Assembly (NCBI GenBank): GCA_964010765.1
Contig: CAXGMD010000101.1
Span: 1-10,119, forward strand
DNA from: an uncultured bacterium
GTDB lineage: Bacteria > SAR324 > NAC60-12
Direction: 5' to 3'
Length of the DNA stretch: 10,119 nucleotides
Below, in pieces: positions 1-7,702 of this stretch. The notes under the pieces were generated by a model. The model made no database searches. It had not been told where the DNA came from and was given only the letters and a program-made list of their open reading frames with translations. Both the position numbers and the translations under genes were made by a program. Each line of letters starts with the position of its first letter. Positions within the stretch are counted from its first letter, which is position 1.

Positions 1-696
1 GTCTTGTTGAGGTTTGAAGTATTCGAACCTCAATTGCTGTCCCAAAGAAGATTGTCGAACCTTCGTAATTATATAAAGGACAATCCCCAACTGAATCAGG
101 ATGGTGGCGATCGCAATTCCTTCCACTCCCATTTGGGGAAATGGCCCCCAGCCAAACATCAACAACGGGTCAAGGATAATATTCGCCATGAAACCGCAAA
201 TCAGCGCATTACGATAAGTCTTGGTATCGCCCTGCGCATTGAGTCCTGCATTTGCGGTTAAATTGATGATGAAAGTGGCGCACCCATAGATAAGCCAGTC
301 GATGTAGCTTAGGGCCATCTCCAAATATGACTCCTCTGCGCCCATATGACGATAAAGCATGGGAGTGAAAGTTTGACCCAGGAGCATCACCAATCCGGAG
401 GCAACCAATGCCAGTAGCAGCGCTTGAGCGATCAATCGAACAGCGCGCTCCTCTTGTTGGGCTCCCATTGCATTGGAAACCAGTGCGTTTGTTCCTTGTC
501 CAAGACCGATTCCCATAGATAACAAGCCCAGAAAAGGAATCATCGACAACGAGAGCGCAGCAATCGCCTGAGCAGAAAGTTGACCAGCCCAAAAGGTGTC
601 TACCACGTTGAACATGGTGTTAAAAAACCAGCCTACACTTGCGGGGAATGCGATTCGACGGACGAGAAGAGGGATTGGGTCTTTGGCGAGATTCAT
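1..696 (-). CDS. MATE family multidrug/toxic compound efflux transporter (N-terminal 232 aa; runs off the left edge)
   Basis: Not in the ORF track. Manual translation from ATG 696-694 is open to base 1: MNLAKDPIPLLVRRIAFPASVGWFFNTMFNVVDTFWAGQLSAQAIAALSLS...NAQGDTKTYRNALICGFMANIILDPLLMFGWGPFPQMGVEGIAIAT. The VDT, GDTKT and NIILDP..FG...P.MGV.G.A.AT segments are typical MATE motifs. Confidence 0.93.
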   Translation of the reverse strand, partial: MNLAKDPIPLLVRRIAFPASVGWFFNTMFNVVDTFWAGQLSAQAIAALSLSMIPFLGLLSMGIGLGQGTNALVSNAMGAQQEERAVRLIAQALLLALVASGLVMLLGQTFTPMLYRHMGAEESYLEMALSYIDWLIYGCATFIINLTANAGLNAQGDTKTYRNALICGFMANIILDPLLMFGWGPFPQMGVEGIAIATILIQLGIVLYIITKVRQSSLGQQLRFEYFKPQQD

Positions 697-737
697 TAAG
701 GGTTCATTCAGAAAAATGAGGATTTGATTAAATATAT

Positions 738-766
738 ATTAAATTTCTAAAGACAAAATTCCTCAA
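738..766 (-). promoter_or_regulatory. Possible sigma70-type promoter for the MATE gene (TTGAGG-N17-TTTAAT)
   Basis: On the minus strand TTGAGG (766-761), a 17-nt spacer and TTTAAT (743-738) lie about 40 nt upstream of the MATE ATG. The spacer is very AT-rich, so chance matches are likely. Confidence 0.3.
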
Positions 767-863
767 ATTTCTTTTAAGGATTAATTCTTTGGAACCTCCT
801 AATGTGTGTTTAGATTTTCAAATCGTATACTTGGAACTTCAATCTCAAAATTTGTAATTCCGG

Positions 864-1667
864 TCATTGACCTCTGATAGCGTTACGGATCTCATCGTCA
901 GGCAATTCACGACCTAAATAGGCCTCAATAACAGCATGATCATTCTTGATCATCTCTGGAGGCCCTTCCGCTATCTTCTGACCATGATCCAAAACCGATA
1001 TCGTTTCACAAGTGCTCATGACCACCTTCAAAATGTGCTCTACAACTACTACCGTCAACTCATAGCGCTCTTTCAATCCGAGAATCGTCTCCATCAATTT
1101 ATCAACATTCACGGGGGACAATCCTGCACCTGGTTCATCGAGCAGGAGCAGCTTGGGCTTCATCGCAATTGCTCTGCCCAACGCTAACAGCCTTCGCTGC
1201 CCACCTGAAAGCTCTCCTGCAGGAATATCGGCAAAGTTTGCAAGCCCAATAAATTCGAGCAGATCCAACATCTCTTCTTTCATATTCTGATCTGCTTGCC
1301 GAACCCGAGAGGTACCAAGTAAAGATTCAACGATTCCATAGCTAGTTTTGCAATGATTTCCGACCATCACGTTTTCCAGTACGGTCATCTCTGAAAACAA
1401 CCTCAGAAGTTGGAAGGTTCTGGCCATACCTAGGGCAGCAATACCATGAGCTTGCAGATTGGTAATGTCATGACCATCAAACTCAATGTGACTGCCAGGG
1501 TCTGGTTGATAGACCCCTGTTACTAGGTTGAAGAAAGTCGATTTGCCGGAGCCATTGGGGCCAATTAAGCCATGTACCGTCCCAGGTTGAACTTTTAGAT
1601 CAACTCCTGAGACCGCTTTTAGCCCTCCGAAGCTCTTACTAAGTCCTCTAGTTTCAAGAAGTGCCAA
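864..1667 (-). CDS. livG: LIV/HAAT ABC transporter ATP-binding protein, LivG-like
   Basis: Walker A GPNGSGKS, ARTFQ Q-loop, LSGGQ signature, LLLDEP Walker B, VEH switch, C-terminal VIEAYLG. Start moved from 1721 to in-frame TTG 1667 (MALLETRGLSKSFGG), which has GAGGA 8 nt upstream and overlaps the permease stop. Confidence 0.92.
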   Translation of the reverse strand: MALLETRGLSKSFGGLKAVSGVDLKVQPGTVHGLIGPNGSGKSTFFNLVTGVYQPDPGSHIEFDGHDITNLQAHGIAALGMARTFQLLRLFSEMTVLENVMVGNHCKTSYGIVESLLGTSRVRQADQNMKEEMLDLLEFIGLANFADIPAGELSGGQRRLLALGRAIAMKPKLLLLDEPGAGLSPVNVDKLMETILGLKERYELTVVVVEHILKVVMSTCETISVLDHGQKIAEGPPEMIKNDHAVIEAYLGRELPDDEIRNAIRGQ

Positions 1668-2682
1668 GGTTCTGTTCCTCGTGTTTTTCGATGAATTTCC
1701 TTTTAACAATCGCTTGCTCAATCACTCCACCAATTCCTCGGGGCATAAAGACGACCAAAAACACCATCGTGATGCCAAAGATTAAGGGTTGATAGAAGTA
1801 ATAATCCTTGGTTTGATCATAGATGACGGTCACGACGATCGCTCCAACCACACCACCCCAAATATTTCCGATTCCACCAAGGACAACCATCAACAACAAG
1901 GTTACCATTTCAATCACAGTGAAATTATTGTGATGAAGGTAACCAGGTGGCATATGAGCGAAGAGTGCTCCTGCTAAACCTGCGTAGATGGCGCTGATCA
2001 CAAAAGCCAGCAACTTATAAAATGGCACATTGATTCCTGAGACAGAGGCCGCGATGACATCTTCACGAATAGCCTTGAAAGCCCGACCTGTGGAGGAATT
2101 GAGGATGACGAAGGAGAAATAGATTCCGATAATTGCCGCTGTCATCACAAGGTAGAAGTAATGATCGAAGCTCTCAATGACATAGTCTCCAATTGTGGGA
2201 GCTGGGATCATCATGATACCTGTACTTGATCCGAGAGCAGGAGTAACAGCGATCATAATTCGAACAGACTCGCCTAGTCCTAGGGTTGCTAGAGCGAGGT
2301 AGGCGCCTTCTAATCGTACTGAAGGAAGACCCACAACCAGGCCAGCGCAACAAGTGACTAAGATGGCGAGAGGTGCACTCAACCAAAAAGGTAACCCATA
2401 ATTCTGAGCCAAGAGAGCAGACGTCACTGCACCAATGGCATATAAGCCAATGTGGCCCACGGTTACTTGGCCACAAAAGCCTTTCACAATATTTAGCCCC
2501 ACTGCCAGCAAAATGAATAAGCAGCATCTGTTGGCTAAATCTACATAATATTCACCGAAAGTAGCCGTAATCAGATTTGGTAAAAAAAGCAGCAAAATAT
2601 AAGCAATCACCCAAGGGAGGAGGCGATGAATCTTCGCAAGGGATTCAATTGCTGAAGCAAAGTTGGTGATGAATGAAATCAT
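1654..2682 (-). CDS. livM: LIV/HAAT ABC transporter permease, LivM-like
   Basis: Hydrophobic 342-aa protein with GLNIVKGFCGQVTVGH, RLEGAYLALATLG, GRAFKAIRED..AA..SGIN and MVVLGGIG motifs typical of LivM. Confidence 0.92.
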   Translation of the reverse strand: MISFITNFASAIESLAKIHRLLPWVIAYILLLFLPNLITATFGEYYVDLANRCCLFILLAVGLNIVKGFCGQVTVGHIGLYAIGAVTSALLAQNYGLPFWLSAPLAILVTCCAGLVVGLPSVRLEGAYLALATLGLGESVRIMIAVTPALGSSTGIMMIPAPTIGDYVIESFDHYFYLVMTAAIIGIYFSFVILNSSTGRAFKAIREDVIAASVSGINVPFYKLLAFVISAIYAGLAGALFAHMPPGYLHHNNFTVIEMVTLLLMVVLGGIGNIWGGVVGAIVVTVIYDQTKDYYFYQPLIFGITMVFLVVFMPRGIGGVIEQAIVKRKFIEKHEEQNLGTS

Positions 2683-2709
2683 GGAAAGTCAACCTGGGAA
2701 GGAACAGCG

Positions 2710-2735
2710 TCGGGGAAACCCTAGAGTTTCCCCGA
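2710..2735 (-). terminator. GC-rich stem-loop immediately 3' of the binding-protein gene (mRNA stabiliser or partial terminator)
   Basis: Perfect 10-bp inverted repeat TCGGGGAAAC (2710-2719) / GTTTCCCCGA (2726-2735) with 6 intervening nt, 7 nt past the stop codon at 2743. There is no clean U-tract on the minus strand (CGCTGTTCCTTCCC). Confidence 0.65.
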
Positions 2736-2742
2736 TCGTTGA

Positions 2743-3945
2743 TCAGAGACCGAAGTCTTCCGGCATATTCACACGGGCTAGAACCTCTGTCTCGAAGGCT
2801 TCTCCACCCTTTTTATAAGCAATCAGAACAGGAGTCTTGTTCCCGTCACGACACTGTGGTGTCGCGGCAGCACAGAAGCTGATTGGTCCAGAGGCAAGAC
2901 CTTGATAGTTCTTAACGTTGGCAATCGCATCCCGAATCGCAGTTCGATCAGCTGCCAATGAGCTATTGGTCAGCTTGAGGTCTGAATTGTTCAGGGCAAT
3001 TTCAACGATCCTGATTAGATCATAAGCTTGGGAAAAGTCATGATCAGGAGCGTGAATTCCGTAGCGATCCTTAACCATCTGGTTAAAGAGCTTTGCAATT
3101 GGGCGAGTATCTGCGTTTGAGTAGGCAGCAGCATAGAAAACACCTTTTACCGCATCCCCGGAGATCTTGGGCACAGGTGCATTTGATGCCGAAGACGATC
3201 CAATTCGACGCACATCAGTTCCAATACCAGCTTCGTACGATTGAATCAGAGCACGGCTCATTGTCTCTGCCAAAGCAGCTACCATAATTCCATCCACACC
3301 TGCTGATTTGATTTTCTGCATGTGCGTTCGGAAATCGACTTCCTTCTCTTGAACCTGAGCAACATATGCTGGATCAGCACCGTGCTGGCTCTTCATCTGT
3401 GCTTGCATCGCATCGCAGTCATTTTGAGAAGCTGCATCTGCCGCACAAATATAGGCGATCTTTTTGCCAATATTCTCACCCACGTATTTCGCATTCACAC
3501 CTGCGTAAAAACGACCGGATACAGGGACTCTAAACACCCAGGCACTCCCTTTTTGAGTGATCTGGGAATTTGTGGAATGCGGGATGATTTGGGGAACCTG
3601 AGCTTTTGCAGTTACATCCACAATCGGTAAAGAAACTGAAGAGCATGTTGAACCAATCAACAAGTGAACTTTTTCCTGAAAAATTAACTTGTTAGCATTG
3701 GCAACACCTTTGTCTGACTTACACTCGTCATTCATCAGCGTTGCTTTGATCTGGTGGCCGTTGATACCGCCAGCCTCATTGATGAGTCCGATCTCATCCA
3801 TGACCATCTGACCGTATTTCTGACCATTCTCACTAACCATCCGCATTGTGATACCAACACGAATTTCATCAGCTAGTGCCGCTGTTGCTGAGAGAACAAA
3901 TCCTCCTGCAGCTAATCCAGCAAGGAATTTAGTCCAGTTTCTCAT
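2743..3945 (-). CDS. ABC transporter periplasmic substrate-binding protein, LivJ/LivK-like (type 1 PBP)
   Basis: Sec-type signal peptide (MRNWTKFLAGLAAGGFVLSATAALA), INEAGGING, DECKS, IGSTCSS, WVFRV and DFRTHMQKIK motifs. Strong SD (AAGGAGG) upstream of the ATG. Flanked by LIV permeases. Confidence 0.92.
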   Translation of the reverse strand: MRNWTKFLAGLAAGGFVLSATAALADEIRVGITMRMVSENGQKYGQMVMDEIGLINEAGGINGHQIKATLMNDECKSDKGVANANKLIFQEKVHLLIGSTCSSVSLPIVDVTAKAQVPQIIPHSTNSQITQKGSAWVFRVPVSGRFYAGVNAKYVGENIGKKIAYICAADAASQNDCDAMQAQMKSQHGADPAYVAQVQEKEVDFRTHMQKIKSAGVDGIMVAALAETMSRALIQSYEAGIGTDVRRIGSSSASNAPVPKISGDAVKGVFYAAAYSNADTRPIAKLFNQMVKDRYGIHAPDHDFSQAYDLIRIVEIALNNSDLKLTNSSLAADRTAIRDAIANVKNYQGLASGPISFCAAATPQCRDGNKTPVLIAYKKGGEAFETEVLARVNMPEDFGL

Positions 3946-3950
3946 GGCTT

Positions 3951-3957
3951 CCTCCTT
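3951..3957 (-). promoter_or_regulatory. Strong Shine-Dalgarno site of the binding-protein gene
   Basis: Minus strand reads AAAAAGGAGGAAGCC-ATG(3945). Confidence 0.8.
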
Positions 3958-3991
3958 TTTGAGCCTAGTTGGAAAAATGGCATGAATTCTT

Positions 3992-4897
3992 TCATGCCTT
4001 TACTTTTGCCACGATCCCGAAAAGACCAGCAGGCCGGTACATTAATACCAGGATCAGTAACAAAAATGCGTAAATATCTTTGTGACTAGCAGAAATGTAT
4101 GCCGCACCAAGATTTTCAAAAATTCCGACAAGTATTCCTCCGATCAAAGCACCTGGCAAGCTGCCAAACCCACCTACGACAGCAGCTGCAAATGCTTTCA
4201 TCAACATCAGGTAGCCCATTTCTACTTGCACCGATTGCATCGGGCCTACTAACACTCCAGCCGCTGCGGCCAAAGCACAGGCCAGTCCGAAAATCAGCGA
4301 AATGAACAATGGGACATTGATACCCATCAAAAAAGCGATATCCTTATTATGTGCTACTGCCCTAACTGCAAGACCAATTTTAGTATAGCGTAAGAAGTAG
4401 TTCAGGATTCCCATCAGACACAAAGACACCACCGCAGTCAGCAGGTAACTCGGTGGTATTGATATGTCGTTGATCTCCAGAGGCTCTATACCAAAATCAA
4501 CGGGGAAGGGTTCTGCATCGGCTCCCCAAATCAGGAAAGCTACATTCATTAGGGCGACAGACATTCCAAAACCACAGATAATCATCCCCATTCCAGAGAC
4601 GGTGTACCCACCGCCTGATCTCGTGAGACGCCTGTAGAAAACCCGCTCAATGAACATACCGAGCAAGGCGGCTAGAATCATTGCTCCAATCATTGCTCCA
4701 GGATAAGGGATCCCTATCTGTTGAGAGAGAACAAGGCCCAGAAATGCCCCAAACATATAGATTTCACCGTGGGCGAAATGAACGATGTCCAAGCCTGAAT
4801 AGATTAGAGAGATTCCTAAGGCCACAATTCCGTAAACGACCCCGATGGTCACTCCAAAAATGATAAACGCTAGTAAAGATCCAAAATCAAAGTCCAT
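3992..4897 (-). CDS. livH: LIV/HAAT ABC transporter permease, LivH-like
   Basis: GVVYGIVALGISLIY...VHFAHGEIYMFGA, TKIGLAVRAVA...A.LMGIN, KAFAAAVVGGFGSLPGA and RPAGLFG motifs. Confidence 0.93.
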   Translation of the reverse strand: MDFDFGSLLAFIIFGVTIGVVYGIVALGISLIYSGLDIVHFAHGEIYMFGAFLGLVLSQQIGIPYPGAMIGAMILAALLGMFIERVFYRRLTRSGGGYTVSGMGMIICGFGMSVALMNVAFLIWGADAEPFPVDFGIEPLEINDISIPPSYLLTAVVSLCLMGILNYFLRYTKIGLAVRAVAHNKDIAFLMGINVPLFISLIFGLACALAAAAGVLVGPMQSVQVEMGYLMLMKAFAAAVVGGFGSLPGALIGGILVGIFENLGAAYISASHKDIYAFLLLILVLMYRPAGLFGIVAKVKA

Positions 4898-4913
4898 GAG
4901 GCTGATTTATTGG

Positions 4914-5651
4914 TTAGGAATTGAGTGATTTTTTTGTGTTCGCGACTGTGCCGCCCAAGAAAGAATCTTTTACCGAGGGATCATTGATCAAATCTTCTGC
5001 TGAACCTTCGATCATAATTACTCCATCACGAATGATGTAGGCATATTGAGCTAATAGTAGCGCCATCCTTACGTTTTGCTCCACGATGAGAATCGTAACA
5101 CCAGTCTGACTGATTTTATATATATTCGAAAAAATTTCTAAAACGACTTTTGGAGCCAGTGCAGCACTGGGCTCGTCTAGCATCAACATCTTGGGCTTGG
5201 CCATCAAACCTCTACCAATGACGAGCATCTGGACCTCGCCACCGCTCAAGGTTCCGGAGAGCACTTTCCTTCTTTGTCTCAGTACTGGAAAGAACTCATA
5301 CACTCTCTCCAAATCAGCTCGTACCACACTACTATCGCTTCGGGTGTATGCTCCCAGCATCAAGTTCTCTTCTACTGTCATCGCAGGATAAGCCTCTTTG
5401 GACTGCGTAACCTGCACAAGTCCGCTTCGCACAATTTCGTGGGGTTTCTTACCAGAGATGCTTTGCCCATCAAACTCGATACTTCCCTCCATCACAGGTA
5501 CCAGCCCTGAAATGGTTTTCAGTAAGGTGGATTTGCCCGTTCCATTGCCTCCCAAGAGTGCAACCACACCTCCTTGGGGAACATTGAGGTTGATCCCACG
5601 AAGGATTTTGAGTTTGCCATATCCTGAGTGAACCTCCTTGATATTTAACAA
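4914..5651 (-). CDS. livF: LIV/HAAT ABC transporter ATP-binding protein, LivF-like
   Basis: Walker A GGNGTGKS, MTVEENL.LGA, LSGGE signature, MLDEPS, LIVEQN. TTG start with AGGGAG 8 nt upstream. Confidence 0.92.
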   Translation of the reverse strand: MLNIKEVHSGYGKLKILRGINLNVPQGGVVALLGGNGTGKSTLLKTISGLVPVMEGSIEFDGQSISGKKPHEIVRSGLVQVTQSKEAYPAMTVEENLMLGAYTRSDSSVVRADLERVYEFFPVLRQRRKVLSGTLSGGEVQMLVIGRGLMAKPKMLMLDEPSAALAPKVVLEIFSNIYKISQTGVTILIVEQNVRMALLLAQYAYIIRDGVIMIEGSAEDLINDPSVKDSFLGGTVANTKKSLNS

Positions 5652-5688
5652 AACACAGTCTCCCTATTTTTTGAACTAACGAGGTTAA

Positions 5689-6522
5689 TCAAAGAAATTC
5701 CAAGCGATCACAGATTGTTTTGACCATCTCATCTGCGGGCCTCAGCCACCAGTCAAAGGCTGAGAAGATCTCGACTTCAACAGGGCCTTTAAATCCTTCC
5801 CTCTCCATCCAAGTCCTGATTTTACGATTATCGATGCAGCCATCCCCGGGCATCCCTCGATCTAGCCGCAAATCTTTTGTTTGGGGCAGCCAATCAGAAA
5901 CATGCAGGTGCTGAATTCGTGTTCCTGCTTGATGAATTTGTTCTTCCAGTCCTTGATCCCACCAAAGAGCGTAGCTGTCGAGCGCAATTGTCAAATTCGG
6001 ATGAGAGAGATCATCCAAAATTTCAACCGCATCTCTGAGGCTGGAGATCACCGATCTCCAGCCACAAACCATTGGGTGAAGAGGCTCTAGAGATAGGCAT
6101 ATTCCCAGTTTCTCAGCAGTGGGCAGTAAGAGTCCCAGTTCTGCCAGGGCTGCTTCCTTTTGAAGCCGAATATCCTTCGAATCAGATGGTAGCCCTCCCG
6201 TGATGACTACGACCGAAGAAACCTCCAACTCAGCTGCAATTTCAAGGAGTTGCTGATTTTTCAATCTCTGTGAGATCCGATCTTCTCCACTATGAGAATC
6301 AATCAAAACGAGGGCACAGAGCGCTTCAGCTCGTACACCTGAATCTCGAAGTGAACTTTTGGCCTTTTTTACTCCCACATCATTCAACATTGGCTTCCAA
6401 ATCGCTGTTCGGAAGACTCCATGTCGAGCAAAGCAATCAAGGGATTCGAGAAAATCACACTGCTTAGAAACACAAACCTGATGAATATTCAGATCATCCA
6501 GTGTGAGTACTCTACTTATCAA
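5689..6522 (-). CDS. Sugar phosphate isomerase/epimerase family protein (xylose isomerase-like TIM barrel, AP_endonuc_2)
   Basis: The four metal-ligand motifs of the family are present: LEPLHP, LDSY, HLHVSD and VEVEIFS, plus DRGMPGDGCID. TTG start overlaps the SDR stop (TTGA, 6522-6519). Confidence 0.85.
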   Translation of the reverse strand: MISRVLTLDDLNIHQVCVSKQCDFLESLDCFARHGVFRTAIWKPMLNDVGVKKAKSSLRDSGVRAEALCALVLIDSHSGEDRISQRLKNQQLLEIAAELEVSSVVVITGGLPSDSKDIRLQKEAALAELGLLLPTAEKLGICLSLEPLHPMVCGWRSVISSLRDAVEILDDLSHPNLTIALDSYALWWDQGLEEQIHQAGTRIQHLHVSDWLPQTKDLRLDRGMPGDGCIDNRKIRTWMEREGFKGPVEVEIFSAFDWWLRPADEMVKTICDRLEFL

Positions 6523-7250
6523 TGTTTGGCTCGTCCACCTGTGATATCAAATAGTTGCCCCGTAGTAAATGAACATCTCGGACTGGCAACCCAAGCAGTC
6601 ATGTCAGCAATTTCCTGAACCGAACAAAATCGTCCCATTGGGATCAGAGCTTTTTTCTCTTTGATGTAGTCCTCAGACATTCCCTTCAGCAGATCTGTTT
6701 CAGTAATCGCAGGCGTTATGCAATTGACAGTGATTTGAGAGGGTTGGAGTTCTCTAGCCAGTCCCTTCGCAAACCCAACTACTCCTGCCTTCGCTGCACC
6801 ATAGGCGACGGCCCCCGGATTCCCATCTTTTGCGGCCACAGATGCAATTATGACGAGTCTGCCGTAACCAGTAGTACGCAAATGGGGAAGTACTGATTTT
6901 ACAGACAGGAAAACTCCGGTTAAATCAACATCCAGAACTTGCTGCCAATCCGAAAGAGAATATTCCCAGGTGGGCTTAGTTGGCCCGTTAATCCCAGCGC
7001 TTGCAATCAATCCTTCCAAGCCCCCAAGTGATCCCAAGCTTGCTTCAATTCCCTTGGTAACCGATGCTTCATCGGTTACGTCCACTTGTACACTATGTTC
7101 AAAAGCAGGATCTGAGGCGATTTCTGCTAAATTTAAGTCCCATGCAGAGACTCTTGCACCCAATTCGGCGAATCTTTCCCCAATTGCTTTGCCGATTCCT
7201 CTTCCAGCACCTGTAATCACGAAGCGCTGTCCTTCCAGATCGAAACTCAC
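6519..7250 (-). CDS. Classical short-chain dehydrogenase/reductase (SDR)
   Basis: TGAGRGIG cofactor motif, DVTD, SAGI, catalytic S (IASV) and YGAAK. The acidic residue in AWDLN suggests NAD(H). Start probably GTG 7250 (in frame, GTGA overlap with the MaoC stop, GGGGA upstream) rather than ATG 7286. Confidence 0.92.
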   Translation of the reverse strand: MSFDLEGQRFVITGAGRGIGKAIGERFAELGARVSAWDLNLAEIASDPAFEHSVQVDVTDEASVTKGIEASLGSLGGLEGLIASAGINGPTKPTWEYSLSDWQQVLDVDLTGVFLSVKSVLPHLRTTGYGRLVIIASVAAKDGNPGAVAYGAAKAGVVGFAKGLARELQPSQITVNCITPAITETDLLKGMSEDYIKEKKALIPMGRFCSVQEIADMTAWVASPRCSFTTGQLFDITGGRAKH

Positions 7251-7702
7251 TGGGTTTCCCCATTTGTTGAAGAATTCGGTACCCATTGGAGGATATGTCT
7301 ACCTACTCCGACTAGTTCTTGTTCTTGGTTCACTACTTCAATATCAGCATATGATCGCTTCCGAGAGTGATCTATCTCAGCAATTCGATAAGTCAGAGTA
7401 ACGGTATCTCCCAAGAAAACTGGTTTAAGAAATCGAACTCGATCGTATCCAACGGAAACAGGGGTTTCCTCAGCCTCTCTGGTATTCGCAATCGCTAAAG
7501 TTGAAACAGTGGACATGAAGCCGACCAGTAGCGCACCATGAGCCATCAACTTTCCATACGAGGATTTCTCCATGTACTGCTTGTTCACATGGTTTGGAGA
7601 AAAATCTCCTGTGATCCCAGCAAAGAGATAAACATCACTCTCTGAAACAGTTTTTGAGAAAGTCGAAGTTTGACCGACCTCAACGTAGAAAGGCGTTGTC
7701 AT
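7247..7702 (-). CDS. MaoC/PhaJ-like hotdog-fold (R)-specific enoyl-CoA hydratase/dehydratase
   Basis: FAGITGDFSPNH carries the D-x4-H catalytic dyad. AHG and VRFLKPVFLGDTV motifs are present. 151 aa. Confidence 0.9.
   Translation of the reverse strand: MTTPFYVEVGQTSTFSKTVSESDVYLFAGITGDFSPNHVNKQYMEKSSYGKLMAHGALLVGFMSTVSTLAIANTREAEETPVSVGYDRVRFLKPVFLGDTVTLTYRIAEIDHSRKRSYADIEVVNQEQELVGVGRHILQWVPNSSTNGETQ

Noticed and set aside
209..592. 127-aa minus-strand ORF from the track (and 4..261 on plus)
   Set aside because: Alternative-frame and antisense shadows of the MATE gene, which has clear family motifs.
795..800. Perfect AGGAGG on the minus strand in the intergenic spacer
   Set aside because: No start codon follows at a usable distance and no credible small ORF was found, so it is probably chance or a remnant.
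5689..6522. Assigning iolE/iolI and a standard inositol operon
   Set aside because: No iolB/C/D genes, the transporter is HAAT-type rather than a sugar ABC, and the motifs support only the fold family.
6970..7401. 143-aa plus-strand ORF and the other short plus-strand ORFs in the track
   Set aside because: All lie antisense to well-supported genes and have no recognisable domains.
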